Assembly (NCBI RefSeq): GCF_001194135.2
Contig: NC_068984.1
Span: 79,536,851 to 79,600,850 of the forward strand
Length of the DNA stretch: 64,000 nucleotides
DNA from: Octopus bimaculoides
Lineage: Eukaryota
Reading direction: 5' to 3'
Below are positions 11,960-25,474 of the stretch, piece by piece (the first letter of the stretch is position 1; each line of letters opens with the position of its first letter). A model generated the notes under the pieces. It had not been told where the DNA came from, searched no databases, and saw only the letters and a list, made by a program, of their open reading frames with translations. A program made the position numbers and the translations under genes.

Positions 11960-12368
11960 ATATACATTACATCATCATCATCTAACATCCGCCTTCCATG
12001 CTGGCATGGATTGGACAGTTTGACAGGAACCGGCCAGGTAGAAGACTACCCCAGGCTACTGTTTGTTTCAGCATGGTTTTTATGGCTGAATAGCCTTCCT
12101 AACACCAGCCACCCTGCAGAGTGGACTGAGTGCTTTTTATGTGGCACCAGCACAGGCGAGGTCAGTTTTGGCATGGTTTTTACAGCTGGATGCCCTTCCA
12201 AATGCCAACCACTTCACAGTGTGGACTGGATGCTTTCCACGTGGTACCAGCACCGGCAGGGTCACCAAGTAACTTGCAAGACAAGGAATTTTGAGAGAGT
12301 AGAAGACATTGGAGGAGGTGATCTCGCGTCAGATTGATGAAAGGTTAGAGTGTGACAGAGAGACAGAG
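11960..12368 (-). mobile_element. RTE LINE 3' UTR-derived repeat
   Basis: Begins (CAT)n..CCATGCTGGCATGG(A/G)TTGGAC. The same sequence follows the RTE ORF stop at about 36380 and about 56900. Confidence 0.75.
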
Positions 12369-12542
12369 NNNNNNNNNNNNNNNNNNNNNNNNNNNNNNNN
12401 NNNNNNNNNNNNNNNNNNNNNNNNNNNNNNNNNNNNNNNNNNNNNNNNNNNNNNNNNNNNNNNNNNNNNNNNNNNNNNNNNNNNNNNNNNNNNNNNNNNN
12501 NNNNNNNNNNNNNNNNNNNNNNNNNNNNNNNNNNNNNNNNNN

Positions 12543-12582
<40 letters not shown>

Positions 12583-13074
12583 TTGTGTATATAAAAGTGA
12601 CCAGTAAGTGGTCTGTTAATATGCTAGAAAAAGATCACTTAAAAAAGTTTGGTACATGTTGCCAGTTCATACTCACTCACAAGTGATGGCTGGGTGTACT
12701 GCATTATTTTGCTGGTGTGATTTTAGATTTAATCTGCAAGTTTCAAAGTTAGAAAGTATTGATGTTTATCGAAAACTAAATATATCATCTTGATTTTAAC
12801 ATCAATGATTTGCTAATGCAATTTTATTTTATTCCTTTATTGATTGATTGTAATGCAATTTTCAAATGGACAGTCAGTGGTGGAATAGCTTAAGTCTTGA
12901 TGTATTTCTTTGCTACATTGAATTTGTATTCTGGAGGTATTGATCATTTCCTTCAGCAAGACACTTAACCCAACATTTCTAAAACCACATACCCAAAATA
13001 ATGATGATGGGGATGAGGATGATGATGATGATGATGGTGATTGTTGTTGTTTCATAAAAGCCAACAATTTTAGA

Positions 13075-13490
13075 TGGTGGGGAGTTAGTTAATTACATTG
13101 ACCCCCGTGCTAAACTGGTACTTATTTTAATGACTGCAAAAGGATAAAGACACAGTTGACCTCAAGCAGTATTTGAACTTAGAACATAAAGACCTGCAAG
13201 AAATGCTGTTAAGCATTTTGTCTGATGTGCTAATGTTACCACTAACTTTCTGCCATGATGATGATGATGATGATGATTCTGTCTATTACAGCCGCAGGGC
13301 CTGAAATTTTGGGGAAGTGGGCTTGTTGATTTCCTTAATCACAGTGCTAAACTGGTACTTATTTTATCAAACCTCAAAGAATGAAAAACAAAGCTAACCA
13401 CAGCAGGATTTGAACTCGGAATATAAAGAGCCAGAAGAAATGCCACTAAGCATTTTGTCTGACTTGCTTATGATTCTGCAAGCCTGCAGT
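13075..13490 (-). mobile_element. Two tandem SINE family B copies
   Basis: AACTGGTACTTATTTT..TTTGAACTC..GCTAAGCATTTTGTC occurs twice (about 13075-13256 and 13280-13490). Confidence 0.75.
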
Positions 13491-13494
13491 CATA

Positions 13495-13845
13495 ATAAAG
13501 GGTAAGACCCTCTTTAGTCATGAATGATCATGGGATTGCACCTAGAAAGTTACCCTCTGAGGCACAAGTCTGGGCGAGGTTGTTTATGGAAGACCAGCAG
13601 TCGCCCATGCATACCAGTCTCCCCTCTCCACACCACTGATGTTATCCAATGGAAAGGCAAAGGCCAATACAGCTTGGTACCAGTGATGTCACAACTCATT
13701 TCTACAGTTGAGTGAACTGGAGTAATGTGAAATAAAGTGTCTTGCTCAAGAACACAAAACACAGCCTGGTCCAGGAATCGAACTCACTACCTCATGATTG
13801 TGAGCTTGACACTCTAACTGCTGAGCCATGCACCTTTACAGTCTT
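13495..13845 (-). mobile_element. SINE family C, full copy
   Basis: Reverse complement of 11640-11958; B-box seen as GGAATCGAACTC. Confidence 0.85.
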
Positions 13846-13861
13846 AATAACAATAATTAGA

Positions 13862-14055
13862 GGAATATAAAGGAAATTGGAATAAAGTGCCCAGTAGAAC
13901 TGTTAGAAAACAGTTGCCTCCTTGGCATGGCCAGAATAACCAGGAAAGTATTAGATAGCTGAATGAAACGGATAGCATGGTACCATAGGCTGTGGGTAGC
14001 AAGCCTGCTACATATGCAAGGCTCCAGGAGTTCCAACAAAGCCTGTGATAAAAAG
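13862..14055 (+). mobile_element. R4/Dong-like 3' end
   Basis: Reads IKEIGIKCPVELLENSCLLGMARITRKVLDS*, followed by a UTR shared with 950-1075. Confidence 0.75.
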
Positions 14056-15050
14056 AAATAATCTCTTAAAATTTGAAATAGGAAATATTTGGAGCATAAA
14101 ATGCTGCAAAACATTTTGTCTAGCATGCTAACAATTCTGCCAGATTGGCACCTTATTAATAATGATAAACTGTATATAACATAGTTATCCAATTACCTTC
14201 ATTCATAAATTGGAATGTGTTAAACATATTTTCCCATTCTTCTGGACAATCAAATATGTATGAAATAGCTAGTCAGCAAGCAATGATCTGGGTTATTAAA
14301 GAACATAGGAAAATTTCTTAATCTACACATGTGTCTAGGTGAGGACATGTTTGTGTCAAATGACTCATGTATGTGGTGTATGTGCATACATCACATTCAT
14401 GTATTTATGTGTGCGTTTGTGTGTGTATATGTGTGTGCATATATAGCATCATCATCAGTTAACATCTGTTTTCCATGCTGGCATGGGTTGGATGGTTTGA
14501 CCAGAGCTGGCAAGCAGGAGAGCTGCACAGATCAGGTTCCAGTCTGATCTGGCTTGGTTTCTTCAGCTAGATGCCCTTCCTAACGCTAACCATTTTACAG
14601 TATGTGCTAGATACTTTCAATGTGACACTGGCACGAGTGCTTTCACATGGCACCAGTGCAAGATTCTTGCAGGCCAATCCCCTTCACCAGAGGATGCCGC
14701 CTTAACACTTCTGCTGTAGAGGACAGGTCTTCTTGAGTAAGGAAAACACACACACACACACACACAACCTGCCTTGGTCTGTAGATACAGAACCGTGATT
14801 AACCCTGAAATATCGAGGCCCTTTAGATGTTCAGGCTTGGCTCCTAGGTATTCTAGCTGAGAGGCAGCTTCACCAATTGACTAATTTAGGATGCTTTCTA
14901 AAAGGCCACTGTGCTTCCTTCATTCGCTGACCTAAAGTGTAATACAATATAAAAAGAATGAGATGGTCATGTCCAGAATACTTTTGACCATAAGTTTGCT
15001 TGATCAGAGTCAAACTGGAGGTTATCAGCAACCACAATTATGAAACAACT

Positions 15051-15405
15051 AGATGCATGCATGGCTGTGTAGTTAAGAAGCTCATTTTGCAAGCATGCAG
15101 TTTCAAGTTCAATCCTTGGGCAAGGGTCTTCCTCTATAGCCACAAACTAACCAATGCCTTGTGAGTGAATTTGGTATATGGAAGCCTGTCGTATATGTGT
15201 GTGTGTGTTTGTCCACTGACTGCTTGATAACTGGCGTCAGTTTGTTTGCATCCCTGTAACTTAGTAGTTTAGCAAAAGAGATTGATAAGATAAGTGCCAG
15301 ATTTAAAAAAAAAAACAAGTACTGGGATGGATTTGTTTTACTAAATCCTACAAGGAGGCGCTTTGGCAGAGTTACTGTCCAAATAACTGAGACAAGTAAA
15401 AGCAG
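15051..15405 (+). mobile_element. tRNA-derived SINE, family A (TGGCTGTGTGGTAAG head, GTAAAAGA tail)
   Basis: Homologous along its length to the well-preserved copy at 60511-60903. Confidence 0.8.
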
Positions 15406-15418
15406 AAACCTCCTTTAA

Positions 15419-15631
15419 CCATTTTAGCATTTAAACTGGCCATATCCAGCCAAAATATTCAACATGTTCAAACTAGTCAAATTTGGCCCCCACACCCACC
15501 CTACAATGTGATTCTAAAAATAAAATGTCATGTCATTGGAATCTTGAAGCTACAATATAATACATGCTTAATTGAAAATAATGTAAATAAATAAGCATTA
15601 CATTTGACAGAATAATCTGGATGCTAAAAGG
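15419..15631. mobile_element. piggyBac-type MITE (TTAA target-site duplication)
   Basis: TTAA|CCATTTTAGCAT...ATGCTAAAAGG|TTAA; internally homologous to 61142-61349. Confidence 0.75.
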
Positions 15632-15749
15632 TTAAGCAGTTAAGAGTAACAATTCTTAATGTATATTTTATTATTATTATCTAAATAATGATTTTCTTCG
15701 GTCATGTGACAGGCATCACTCTTGCCAACGTTATTACACAAATCAACAT

Positions 15750-16530
15750 GGGATCGTCTCTATGTTGACTGAACTTGCTAAAAATTGGAACCAAATTTTC
15801 TCGAATATCACACTATTTTTTGAAAAATGGATATTTTGGATAATGTAGAATTAAATTGCCTGCCGACAGGAATAAGATGGGATGGTCATAGCTGGAATAC
15901 TTTTGATTATAAATCTGCTCAGTCAGAGCTGATTTTAGGCTAAACAGCGAAAAACAGTAACTACAAGGAAGTCTTTACATAGTTGCTCAATCTGCTAAAA
16001 ATAACTACAAAATCTTCCTCAAATCTCAATCTACTGTCTCAAAGAGAGAACACATTTCATAATAACCCCATATCTGCCAAGCAGATGGGATGGTCATTTC
16101 TGGAATACCTTTGCTTATAGATTTGTTCAATCACAACAAGGAAGGCTTTATATGGTTGTTCAATTTGCTAAACAAAGTGACCAAATCTTCCTCAAATCTC
16201 AACCTGCTGTCTCAGATAAAGACAATATATTAAATAACAATCCTACATCTACCAAAAAAAAAAAGATGGGATGGTCGCATCTGAAATATCTTTGATAATA
16301 GGTTTGTTCAATCACAGCAAAGAAGCCTGTGGTTACTCAATTTGCTAAAAATAGCAACCAAATCTCCCTCAAATCTCATCCTACTGTCTCAGAGACAGAT
16401 CGCACACATTACATAAGATAATCCTACAACATCTACCAAAAAGACATGATGATTACAATCACTGAGATGCCTTTGACCACATTTTTATTTGATCAGAACC
16501 AACCTGGGGCTAAACCTACGTAGCAATAAC
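15750..16530 (+). repeat. Tandem array (4 units) of an unclassified dispersed repeat (family D, ends GGGGCTAAACAAC)
   Basis: The marker AAATCT(T/C)CCTCAAATCTC recurs at about 15795, 16011, 16185 and 16361. Single copies occur at about 9050, 10615, 14860, 20385, 36900, 44520, 57790 and 59030. Confidence 0.8.
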
Positions 16531-17970
16531 AGCAACTACATCATCATAATTGTCTTCACTATTGCATAAAAGTTTTTATATGAAACTTCCGAACTTCTAC
16601 AAAGTAAATTTTCCCCATTCTCCAATAACCACAAATTCAACTTATATTGACCATTTTTCATAACTTAGTACCACTTATTTCATTCTGAAGATTTCAAGAT
16701 ATTTACAAGAATTAATTATTGAAGCAAGTGAATGCATAAATGTATATTATATCGTCGAATGGAATTATCTGTTGTAGATATAGGCACACCCCTTGCAATA
16801 CATCCAAACACTCTAATGATAATGTAACAATAAATATTTTTATTATCTATTTGTTCTTTCTTCTGGTTTTCTGCCAAGTCTTTTATAGACATTCTTAAAA
16901 TTTATATTTCTTATTAAAAATTTATTTGCATCGGTTCTTTCTCATTTGACTTTTGACAAAAGATATAGATTTTGTCAGTAATTTTTATAAATTGGTTTTA
17001 TAGCAAGCTGTGTATGTGTTTGTGTCTGGCTATGTTTAAAAATTTAAAGAATTTGTATGTAGGTATGTGTATGTGTGTGTGTGTGTATGTAAACACATAT
17101 GTACAGATGCATTTATATATGAGTGTGTATGTGTATGTTTGAACGTATGTATGCATACATGTATGAATATATATATAGATGTGTGTTTTTGCAGGCATCC
17201 ATACATGCATGTGTGTGTATGTATATATATATATATATATNNNNNNNNNNNNNNNNNNNNNNNNNNNNNNNNNNNNNNNNNNNNNNNNNNNNNNNNNNNN
17301 NNNNNNNNNNNNNNNNNNNNNNNNNNNNNNNNNNNNNNNNNNNNNNNNNNNNNNNNNNNNNNNNNNNNNNNNNNNNNNNNNNNNNNNNNNNNNNNNNNNN
17401 NNNNNNNNNNNNNNTACACAACCCTTGTATTTATAAATTTAATTATTTGAACCGTGCAATCTTCATTCTCATCACAAAAACAAATCACACAGGTATACAC
17501 ACATTCACTGACACACACACTCACACACACTGACAGACAGACAGACAGACAGACACACACACACACACACACACACACACCAACAATATAACTGAGAACC
17601 AATCTCATGTGCCCAACTAAATCACGAAGCAGAGCACTTTTCAGTCATTAGAGGTTCAAAAACACCATTAACAATATCAATTTAATCTATACATTTCTCA
17701 CCAGATAACTCTCGTTGTTTTACCAAACAACTGTTAGTTCATTCTCTCCTTCTCTTTGGTCTCTTCTTTGTCTTCTCAAATTAAATGATTTCCCAGCAAA
17801 GAAAATTAAAATGATGGACGCAACTCAAGAGGGAGAATGTCTGACAATAACAATAAAGTAGCAAAGATTAATGCTATTCTTTGCTTCACAATCTGATTGT
17901 GAGGTTCACTAAACGATGATGGTTGGCCATTGCTGGTGTATGTATATATATTGTTAGTGTAAGTATGTAT

Positions 17971-18170
<200 letters not shown>

Positions 18171-18474
18171 CAGCCCAATGCTGGTTCATGTGTGTATATG
18201 TATATATACATACACCAGCTGCGTGTGTGTATAGATACATAGATTTAGTGTCTGTCCTTGCCACTCGTTCTCTCTTCTCTTTCTCATAATTCATGAATAA
18301 CATTTATTTAAACATCTTTACAGATGCGTATAAAGTTTATATTTATATACATATTCTATCTACGTGTATAGAAGTATAAAAATATATATACATGTATACA
18401 CACACACACACTCACACACACTCACACACATGCACATATAAAATCTTTCATGCTGCCATGGGTCAGATCATCAT

Positions 18475-18830
18475 AATCATCATCATCATCATCATCATCA
18501 TCGTTTAACGTTTGCCTTCCATGCTACCATGGGTTGGACGATTTGACTGAGGACTGGCAAGCCAGAAGGCTGCACCAGGCTCCAATCTGATCTGGAAGAG
18601 TTTCTATGGCTGGATGCCCTTCCTAACGCCAACCACTCCGAGAGTGTAGTGGGTGCTTTTACGTGCCACCGGCACGAAGGCCAGTCATGCGGTACTGGCA
18701 AAAATCTGATGGGCCCAAGGACTGCATTACACTCCAGTGCCTGCTTTGTTAGGTTTCTAAAGTTGGATGCCCTTCCTAATGGCAATCACTTTATAACATG
18801 TACTTGGTGCTTTTTTGTGCCACCAGTGGT
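18475..18830 (-). mobile_element. RTE 3' UTR-derived repeats (two pieces)
   Basis: (CAT)n CGTTTAACG..CCATGCTACCATGGGTTGGACG..GGATGCCCTTCCTAACGCCAACCAC. Confidence 0.8.
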
Positions 18831-19664
18831 AGTGAAGGCACTTGTTTTTGTGGCTAAGGTAGTTGGCTCATAATCCTAAGATCATCAGTTTGATTCACGG
18901 TGGTGTGTTGTGTCCTTGAGCAAAATCCTTTATTTCACATTTCTCCAGTCCATTCAACTAGCAAAAACGATTTGTAGTTGTAATTCAAAAGGATCAGCCT
19001 TGTCACATTCTGTCAAACTCAATCTTCCTAAAAACTACATAAGAGTATATGTGTCTATGGAGTACTCAGCCACTTGCACGTTACCTTTATGAGCTGGATT
19101 CAATCAACATAATCATAATTGTCATCATAATTGATGGAGAGCCAAGCCAGTAATAGCGAGACCACTATGCACTTTGCATGAATACAAACTCTGAGGGGGG
19201 TAACTTCATTCTAGGAGATAAGGCTGAAAGGATGGGTAAACACAAAAGAAGGGTCCAGAGCAGATCAAGTTCCTTATTGTAGGGGAGCAACATGACTACT
19301 CACATTCTAGAAGAGAGGGTGGGAGTGATCAGATGGAACTGGATTACAATTAAGTGGGGGAATAGGAGATAACTGACAGAGCTGTGCAGAAGAATAATAA
19401 TGATGAATCAGTAGACTGGAGAAAGATGAGAGAGTGATGATGTTGGGTAGGTTGCAGAAGTAGATGGAGATGTTGTAAATTTATAGAATTAGTAAACCCA
19501 GTTCATGTTATATGATGCTTTAATAATAATATAGGAGAAAAATATCTAAGGAGAGTGTTCTGCATATTAAACACACGTATGGTAGAGTATCACATACCTA
19601 ATATAGTGAATTTAAAATCTTTGATTTTGAATTGAGAAATTAAAGTACCCAGGATATTCTTTTC

Positions 19665-19878
19665 TACTCTAGGCACAAGGCCCAAAATTTTGCGGAAGGT
19701 TGTGGGGGACAGTCAATTAGATCAACCCCACTATGCAACTGGTACTTAATTTATTGACCCTGAAAAAATAATAGGCAAAGTTGACCTTGGTGGAATTTGA
19801 ACTCAGAATGTAAAGACGGATGAAATACTGCTAATCATTTCGCCCGGCGTGCTAACGTTTCTGTCAGCTCACTGCCTT
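19665..19878 (-). mobile_element. SINE family B copy
   Basis: AACTGGTACTTAATTTATTGACCC..GGAATTTGAACTCAGAA. Confidence 0.8.
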
Positions 19879-20537
19879 CAAGTACCCAAGATATCAGTTA
19901 ACAAAAGTGCTCTATATGGATGTTTAAAATCTGACAAAGGAGATAACTCCAAGAGGATCTACTGACTGAAAGTTTTTGACTCTATAACAAACAATAGACA
20001 TGTTAAGATGTTATCAGGCTTCCTCAGAGAAGTATATTTTAATCAGTTGCTAAGTAGGGTAAAAGAAATATTTAAAGAAATTTCAACTCTTTCTTGATGT
20101 TATTTCTTGATTAAACACACAGTCTGTGAGTTTCAATAAATTTTGAAAATAACCAAGAATTTAGAAGTTAGTAAAATATTAAAATTTGTCATTATCAAGT
20201 TGATGTTTGGAACCAAGCTTAAGAAAACAAAAATTGTCTGAATAAAAAATCCTGATGAAATGTTTTAATTTAAATATGAGCATTTTAAATTTAGAAGTTT
20301 TGTATAATTTTACCACAAGTAGTCTCATGTGGGTTGTTGTTGAAAAAGTAAATGAACAGAATTGTTAACAAATATATTATTAGCCCCAGGTTGGCCATGA
20401 TCGAGCAAATCTATGATCAAAGGTTCTTGGAGTTCAGCTCATTATATCTATCTTGGTTACATAATGCACCTAGGACTGCATTATTCAATGTGACCTTCCT
20501 TGTTTAAGAACTATTGCTTTGATCTCTAGAAGGATAT

Positions 20538-20812
20538 ACATAACTTAGCTGTGAATCATCATCATCATCATCATCGTTTAACATCCGCTTTCCATGCTAG
20601 CATGGGTTGGACGATTTGACTGAGGACTGGTGAAACCGGATGGCAACACCAGGCTCCAATCTGATTTGGCAGAGTTTCTACAGCTGGATGCCCTTCCTAA
20701 CGCCAACCACTCCGAGAGTGTAGTGGGTGCTTTTACATGTCACCCGCACGAAGGCCAGTCAGGCGGTACTGGCAACGGCCACGCTCAAAATGGTGTATTT
20801 TATGTGCCACGG
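20538..20812 (-). mobile_element. Young RTE 3' UTR copy
   Basis: Nearly identical to 61943-62150 over about 200 bp, with CpGs largely retained. Confidence 0.85.
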
Positions 20813-21117
20813 ATGCAAATAGAGAACTGTGATTTGGGGGAGATTTAGCTGTTATTTCTGAAAGGCTGAGTGTATAAAGGACCCTAGTTTGTTTGTTAAA
20901 GTGATTTAACAGATGTGATTTGACCTACATTTACTCTTAATCATGTCATTACATTCCACCTAAACACAATATAGAAATTAACATTGTTAAATTTAATAAT
21001 GCAAATTAAACGAACAAAATTTCAGAGGAAAAGTAATTAAAAGCTTTTTAAAACAGACAAATATATAGTTTTCACATTTATTTTACATTTCTTTTATTTA
21101 TTAAATCTAATATATAT

Positions 21118-22340
21118 CAGGTGCTGTCAAAAGTCTTTTCCTACATCAGGCATTAATTAATAGTACAAAGAAATTATATATGTAAAGTGTTTATTCATCA
21201 AAATACATCCTTTATATTCTATTGTCTGTTGCTGTCATTGTGCCAGAAGGTTTAGTTCCATGCTTATAGTATTTGTCTGATTTAGAGGAAAAAAGCTACC
21301 TGTACCCATTTTCATGCAGTAAAATGAGACTGGCTTGGAAAAGGTGGTAATCTGATAGTGCAAGGTGTGGAATGTAGGCAGACTGAGGCAACATTTACAA
21401 CTCCACAAGTTCCTCAAGTTTACTTTTGATTATATTGGTAGAGTGTGCTAGGGCATTGTCATATTGTAGGAGTGCATGCCTTCAGTTGACCATTGCCAGG
21501 TCAAAGTATCATATGCTTGCTACAGTTGTTGAGCATAAAGGTTAGCATTTACTGCATGACCATCTCTGACATGCTCAAAGTCCAACAACACCTGGAAATT
21601 CCACCAGACACACAACATGACTTTCTGCTCAAACTACTCTTGTTTGACAACAGGTTCTGAAACCTGGCTAGAATGAAACCACTGATTTCTGTCCTCAGGA
21701 TTATGAAAACAGGTCCATTTTTCATCTCTAACTACAATTTGATGCTAAAAATGGACTGTTTGAGGATCTGTGATTGTATGCTAATATTCAAATGTTATTG
21801 CGTATGAGCATTGGTCAGTTTATAAGGAACCTCTCAACAACGTCTGTTCACAAGGTCAAAATTATGGAGATGTTGATTGCTAATCCTTTTTGCTGGACCA
21901 CGTTCAGCCAATGATGTCTTGGTTATTGTTCAACCATTTCAAACAAGGCCTCATCTTCCACAACCGGTGCCCCTGATCTTGGTTTGTCTTCAAGGCTGGC
22001 ATAATCTTCCTTAAAACGTCTGAACCAGTTTTGTGCCACACATTTGTTAACAGTCCCTAGGTCTTCCACATCATTAATTCCTTTTGCCACTGACCTTGTA
22101 CTCAGTCCTTTTTTTCCACAGGTAATATATAATGGTTCTAATTGCAATTTTTTCACCACTCATTATCAAAGTTGTAAGATAAAGTATAAACAGTTAATGT
22201 TTATGGTACATATGAAAATAAAGAATAGGCAATTCAACAATAATTGAACAACAAATTGTATGAAACCATTGATACAACTTGGAGATACAACTTCCCAAAA
22301 GTCATCGCTGAAAATCAAAAAAACGCTTTGACTCAACCTG
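21118..22340 (-). mobile_element. Decayed mariner (Tc1/mariner) DNA transposon, about 1.22 kb
   Basis: N-terminal HTH (AQNWFRRFK..SLEDKPRSGAP), IVVRDEKW (cf. IVTGDEKW) and AYIPHLALSDYHLF (cf. YSPDLAPSDYHLF). Imperfect TIRs CAGGTGCTGTCAAAAGTC / AAACGCTTTGACTCAACCTG. Many stops. Confidence 0.85.
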
Positions 22341-23000
22341 TTGTGTGTGTGTGTGTGTGTGTGTGCGTGTGTGTGTGTGTCTACACATACATACAATGCA
22401 TATTTACTTTGTTTACAATTTATATTTTATTCAAACAAAGCTCTCTCTCGGCTTCCACTTCTTTCTCTACATATAAAATATTTACATATCTAAGTGTACA
22501 TGCATCTTCACTGACAAATACATATACATTAATTAATACATATATGTGTATATATGTGTGTACATCCATTTGCACTAAAGCACTTTGAGATAGGTATCTA
22601 TTCTCAGGAAGATAAGAAATTAACATTAGTATTCCAAAATCAAAATTAGGAAGGTATATAAAGATAAAAATGATACTTAAAGGAATAATATTTTATTTTA
22701 GTTTTTTAAAAGAAATTGTGTATCTATAAATTCTTTATAGCTGCCTCAGAAACATCTTATATTTGCCTTCCACGAGGAATTGGATAAGGCAAAGTTACAA
22801 GTGCACCAATCTGAAAACTTATTTTAATCAATGTAGGTTATTTCTCATAGGTGATAAGTATATTGAAATTATAATTTTGATTTGCCTTCCAGTAAATATT
22901 ATTTTCATATTTTGTTAAAGAGCTTCTATTGTTTCTCCTATAGAAAAGTATTGCAAAGCAATTTAGAAATGGAAGAGTGGAATTTGAAAATAGGTTTATA

Positions 23001-23418
23001 GACACAAACATGGTTGTGTGGTAAGAAGTTTGCTTCCTAACCACATGGTTCTGAGTTCAGTCCCACTGCACAGCACCTTGGACAATTGTCTTCTACTATA
23101 TAATCTCAGACTAATCAAAACCTGTGAGTGGATTTTGTAGATAGAAACTGAAAGAAGGCGTTCATATGTGTGTGTGTATGTGTGCATGTGTACGTGTGTG
23201 TTTGTGTCTGTGTTTGTCTCCCACCAATGCTTGAGAAATGGTGTTTGTGTGTTTATGTCCTCCATAACAGTGATTCAGCAGAAGAGACTGATAGAATTAG
23301 TATCAAGCTTAAAAAGAAGAAACTAACAGTGGGTTTGATTCATTCAGCTAAAATTTCTTAAGGCGGTGACCCACTATAGCCATATTCAAATGACCAAAAC
23401 AAGTAAAAGATAAAAGAT
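23001..23418 (+). mobile_element. SINE family A copy
   Basis: Head TGGTTGTGTGGTAAGAAG..GAGTTCAGTCCC; tail GTAAAAGATAAAAGA. Confidence 0.85.
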
Positions 23419-23821
23419 ATACAACTAACACCTTAAAAAAAAAACAACAACTTTTCCCTGACCATTTCATTGTTAATATTCAGTATTCACACAAGAAGTA
23501 TGTTAAGCACCTTAAGAATAGAAATATAGGGTGACAAGTAACCAAACATTACAAACCACTGACTCAGTGAAAGGAGTTAGGGCAGTGCACATAACATCTG
23601 GAGCATCTTTGTGACTTGTAGGAGTGAGAGATCAGACAAATAAACCATACCAGGGCTTGCAGCTTACTGCTTCTTTGATCCCTATATACATCTTGGCTGT
23701 AAGTCTCTGTTTTGGTGAACTTCTGCTAAGCAACAGCTTTTACATGTGCTCTTTGACAAACAATGGTATTATGCCAGAGGAGGAGCAATAAGAAATGGTA
23801 CATCAAAATATGTATGATTGC

Positions 23822-24110
23822 TATCTTTTATCTTTTACTTGTTTCAGTGATTTGACTGCAGCCATGCTGGAGCACTGCTTTGAAGAGATTTTATTCGAAC
23901 AAATCTACTCCAAGAATTTTTTTTTAAGCCTGGTACTTATTCTATCAGTCTCTTTTGCTGAGCCACTAAGTTACAGGAACATAAATGAACCAACAATGGT
24001 TGTCAAGCAGTGTTAAAGGACAAACACAGACACAAAGACACACACACACACCACACACATAGACACACACACACACCACACACATAGACACACACCACAC
24101 CACACACATA

Positions 24111-24157
<47 letters not shown>

Positions 24158-24315
24158 GCTGGGCTTCTTTTGGTTTCTGTCTACCAAATCCACTCACATG
24201 TCTTTGACTGGCCTGTGGCTATAGTAGAAGACATTTGCCCTAGGTGTCATGCAGTAGGACAGAACCCAGAACTATGTAGTTGGGAAGCAAACTTCTTACC
24301 ACACAGCCACACCTA
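23822..24315 (-). mobile_element. SINE family A copy with expanded internal CA repeat
   Basis: Reverse complement of the family A head and tail. Confidence 0.85.
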
Positions 24316-24679
24316 TACCTATATCTAGCAGACTGATCGACCCATATCTAGCAAATTGATTAACCCAGCATGTATTAGATTTTTTTCCCACCCAGCCTTT
24401 ATTCTCTTTTCATGACACAGTTATATTTCACCATTCATTCACATCAAATCAACATTTCAAATTCAGTGAATCTTTCTCAACATATTTCACATTAACACCT
24501 GCATTTCTTTTGCATTCAAGGCCCACAACTCCCTACCCTGCATTACAACACTTCTTGCATATGCTTCATGCAATCAAAATATGATTGTGAATGCTTCATC
24601 CTAACTACTGAGTCACTCACTTTCAAACTGTGTTTAGAATATACTTAAATGATGGTTAATATCATTTTCAAATTTTGAC

Positions 24680-25125
24680 TCAAGGCTAGCAATTTTGAGT
24701 TAAGGTTAAGTTGATTACATTCATTGACCCCAGTGTACAACTGGTACTTATTTTATTGACCTTGAAAGGATGAAAAGCAGAGTCAACGCCATCATCATTT
24801 GACCTCAGACGATAAAATCTGAAGAAATGCTGCTAAGCATATTTGTCTGGCATGGTAACAGTTCTGCCACCTTGCCACCTTAAGAATGGTTAATATTAAT
24901 TATGGTATTAAAGCAGTGAGCTGACAGAATCATTACTGCACTAAGTAAAACGCTCATTGGAATTTCATCCATCTTTACTTTCCAAGTTCAAATTCCACAG
25001 AAGTCAACTTTGCCTTTCAACCTTTTGGGGATCGATGAAATAAGTACCAGCTGAGCACTGTGGTTGATGTAATCGACTTACTACATCCTATTAAATTGCA
25101 GACCTTGTGCCAAAATTTTAAACCC
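24680..25125. mobile_element. Head-to-head pair of SINE family B copies (minus 24680-24880, plus 24912-25125)
   Basis: Both copies carry the B-box and core; spacer about 30 nt. Confidence 0.8.
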
Positions 25126-25443
25126 GTCTTAATTATGATCCTAACTTTTGCAAATGAGGTGTAATATACCTTATGAAGTGGCACAGAATGAGATACAGTT
25201 TAGTGTAGAGTTTTTGTAGTTCACTATAGAATACATGTAACGGTCATGAGAATTACGTTTCTTCTATTTCTTTTACATGAGAAAAGGAATAGGCATTTAG
25301 AGCTCTGTCTGAGTGTGTTTGTGTGTGTTAGAGGTGTGTATGTGTGTGTGAGAGAGAGGGGAAGATAGAGAGACTGAGTGAGAGGTGATTATATATATAC
25401 ACACACACATACACTCATATATATATACAGGTGTGTGTATATG

Positions 25444-25474
<31 letters not shown>

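Noticed and set aside
22741-22832. Possible exon (TTCTTTATAG|...AAT|GTAGGT)
   Set aside because: Two frames stop and the open one gives no recognisable protein; such splice-like motifs are common in AT-rich DNA.
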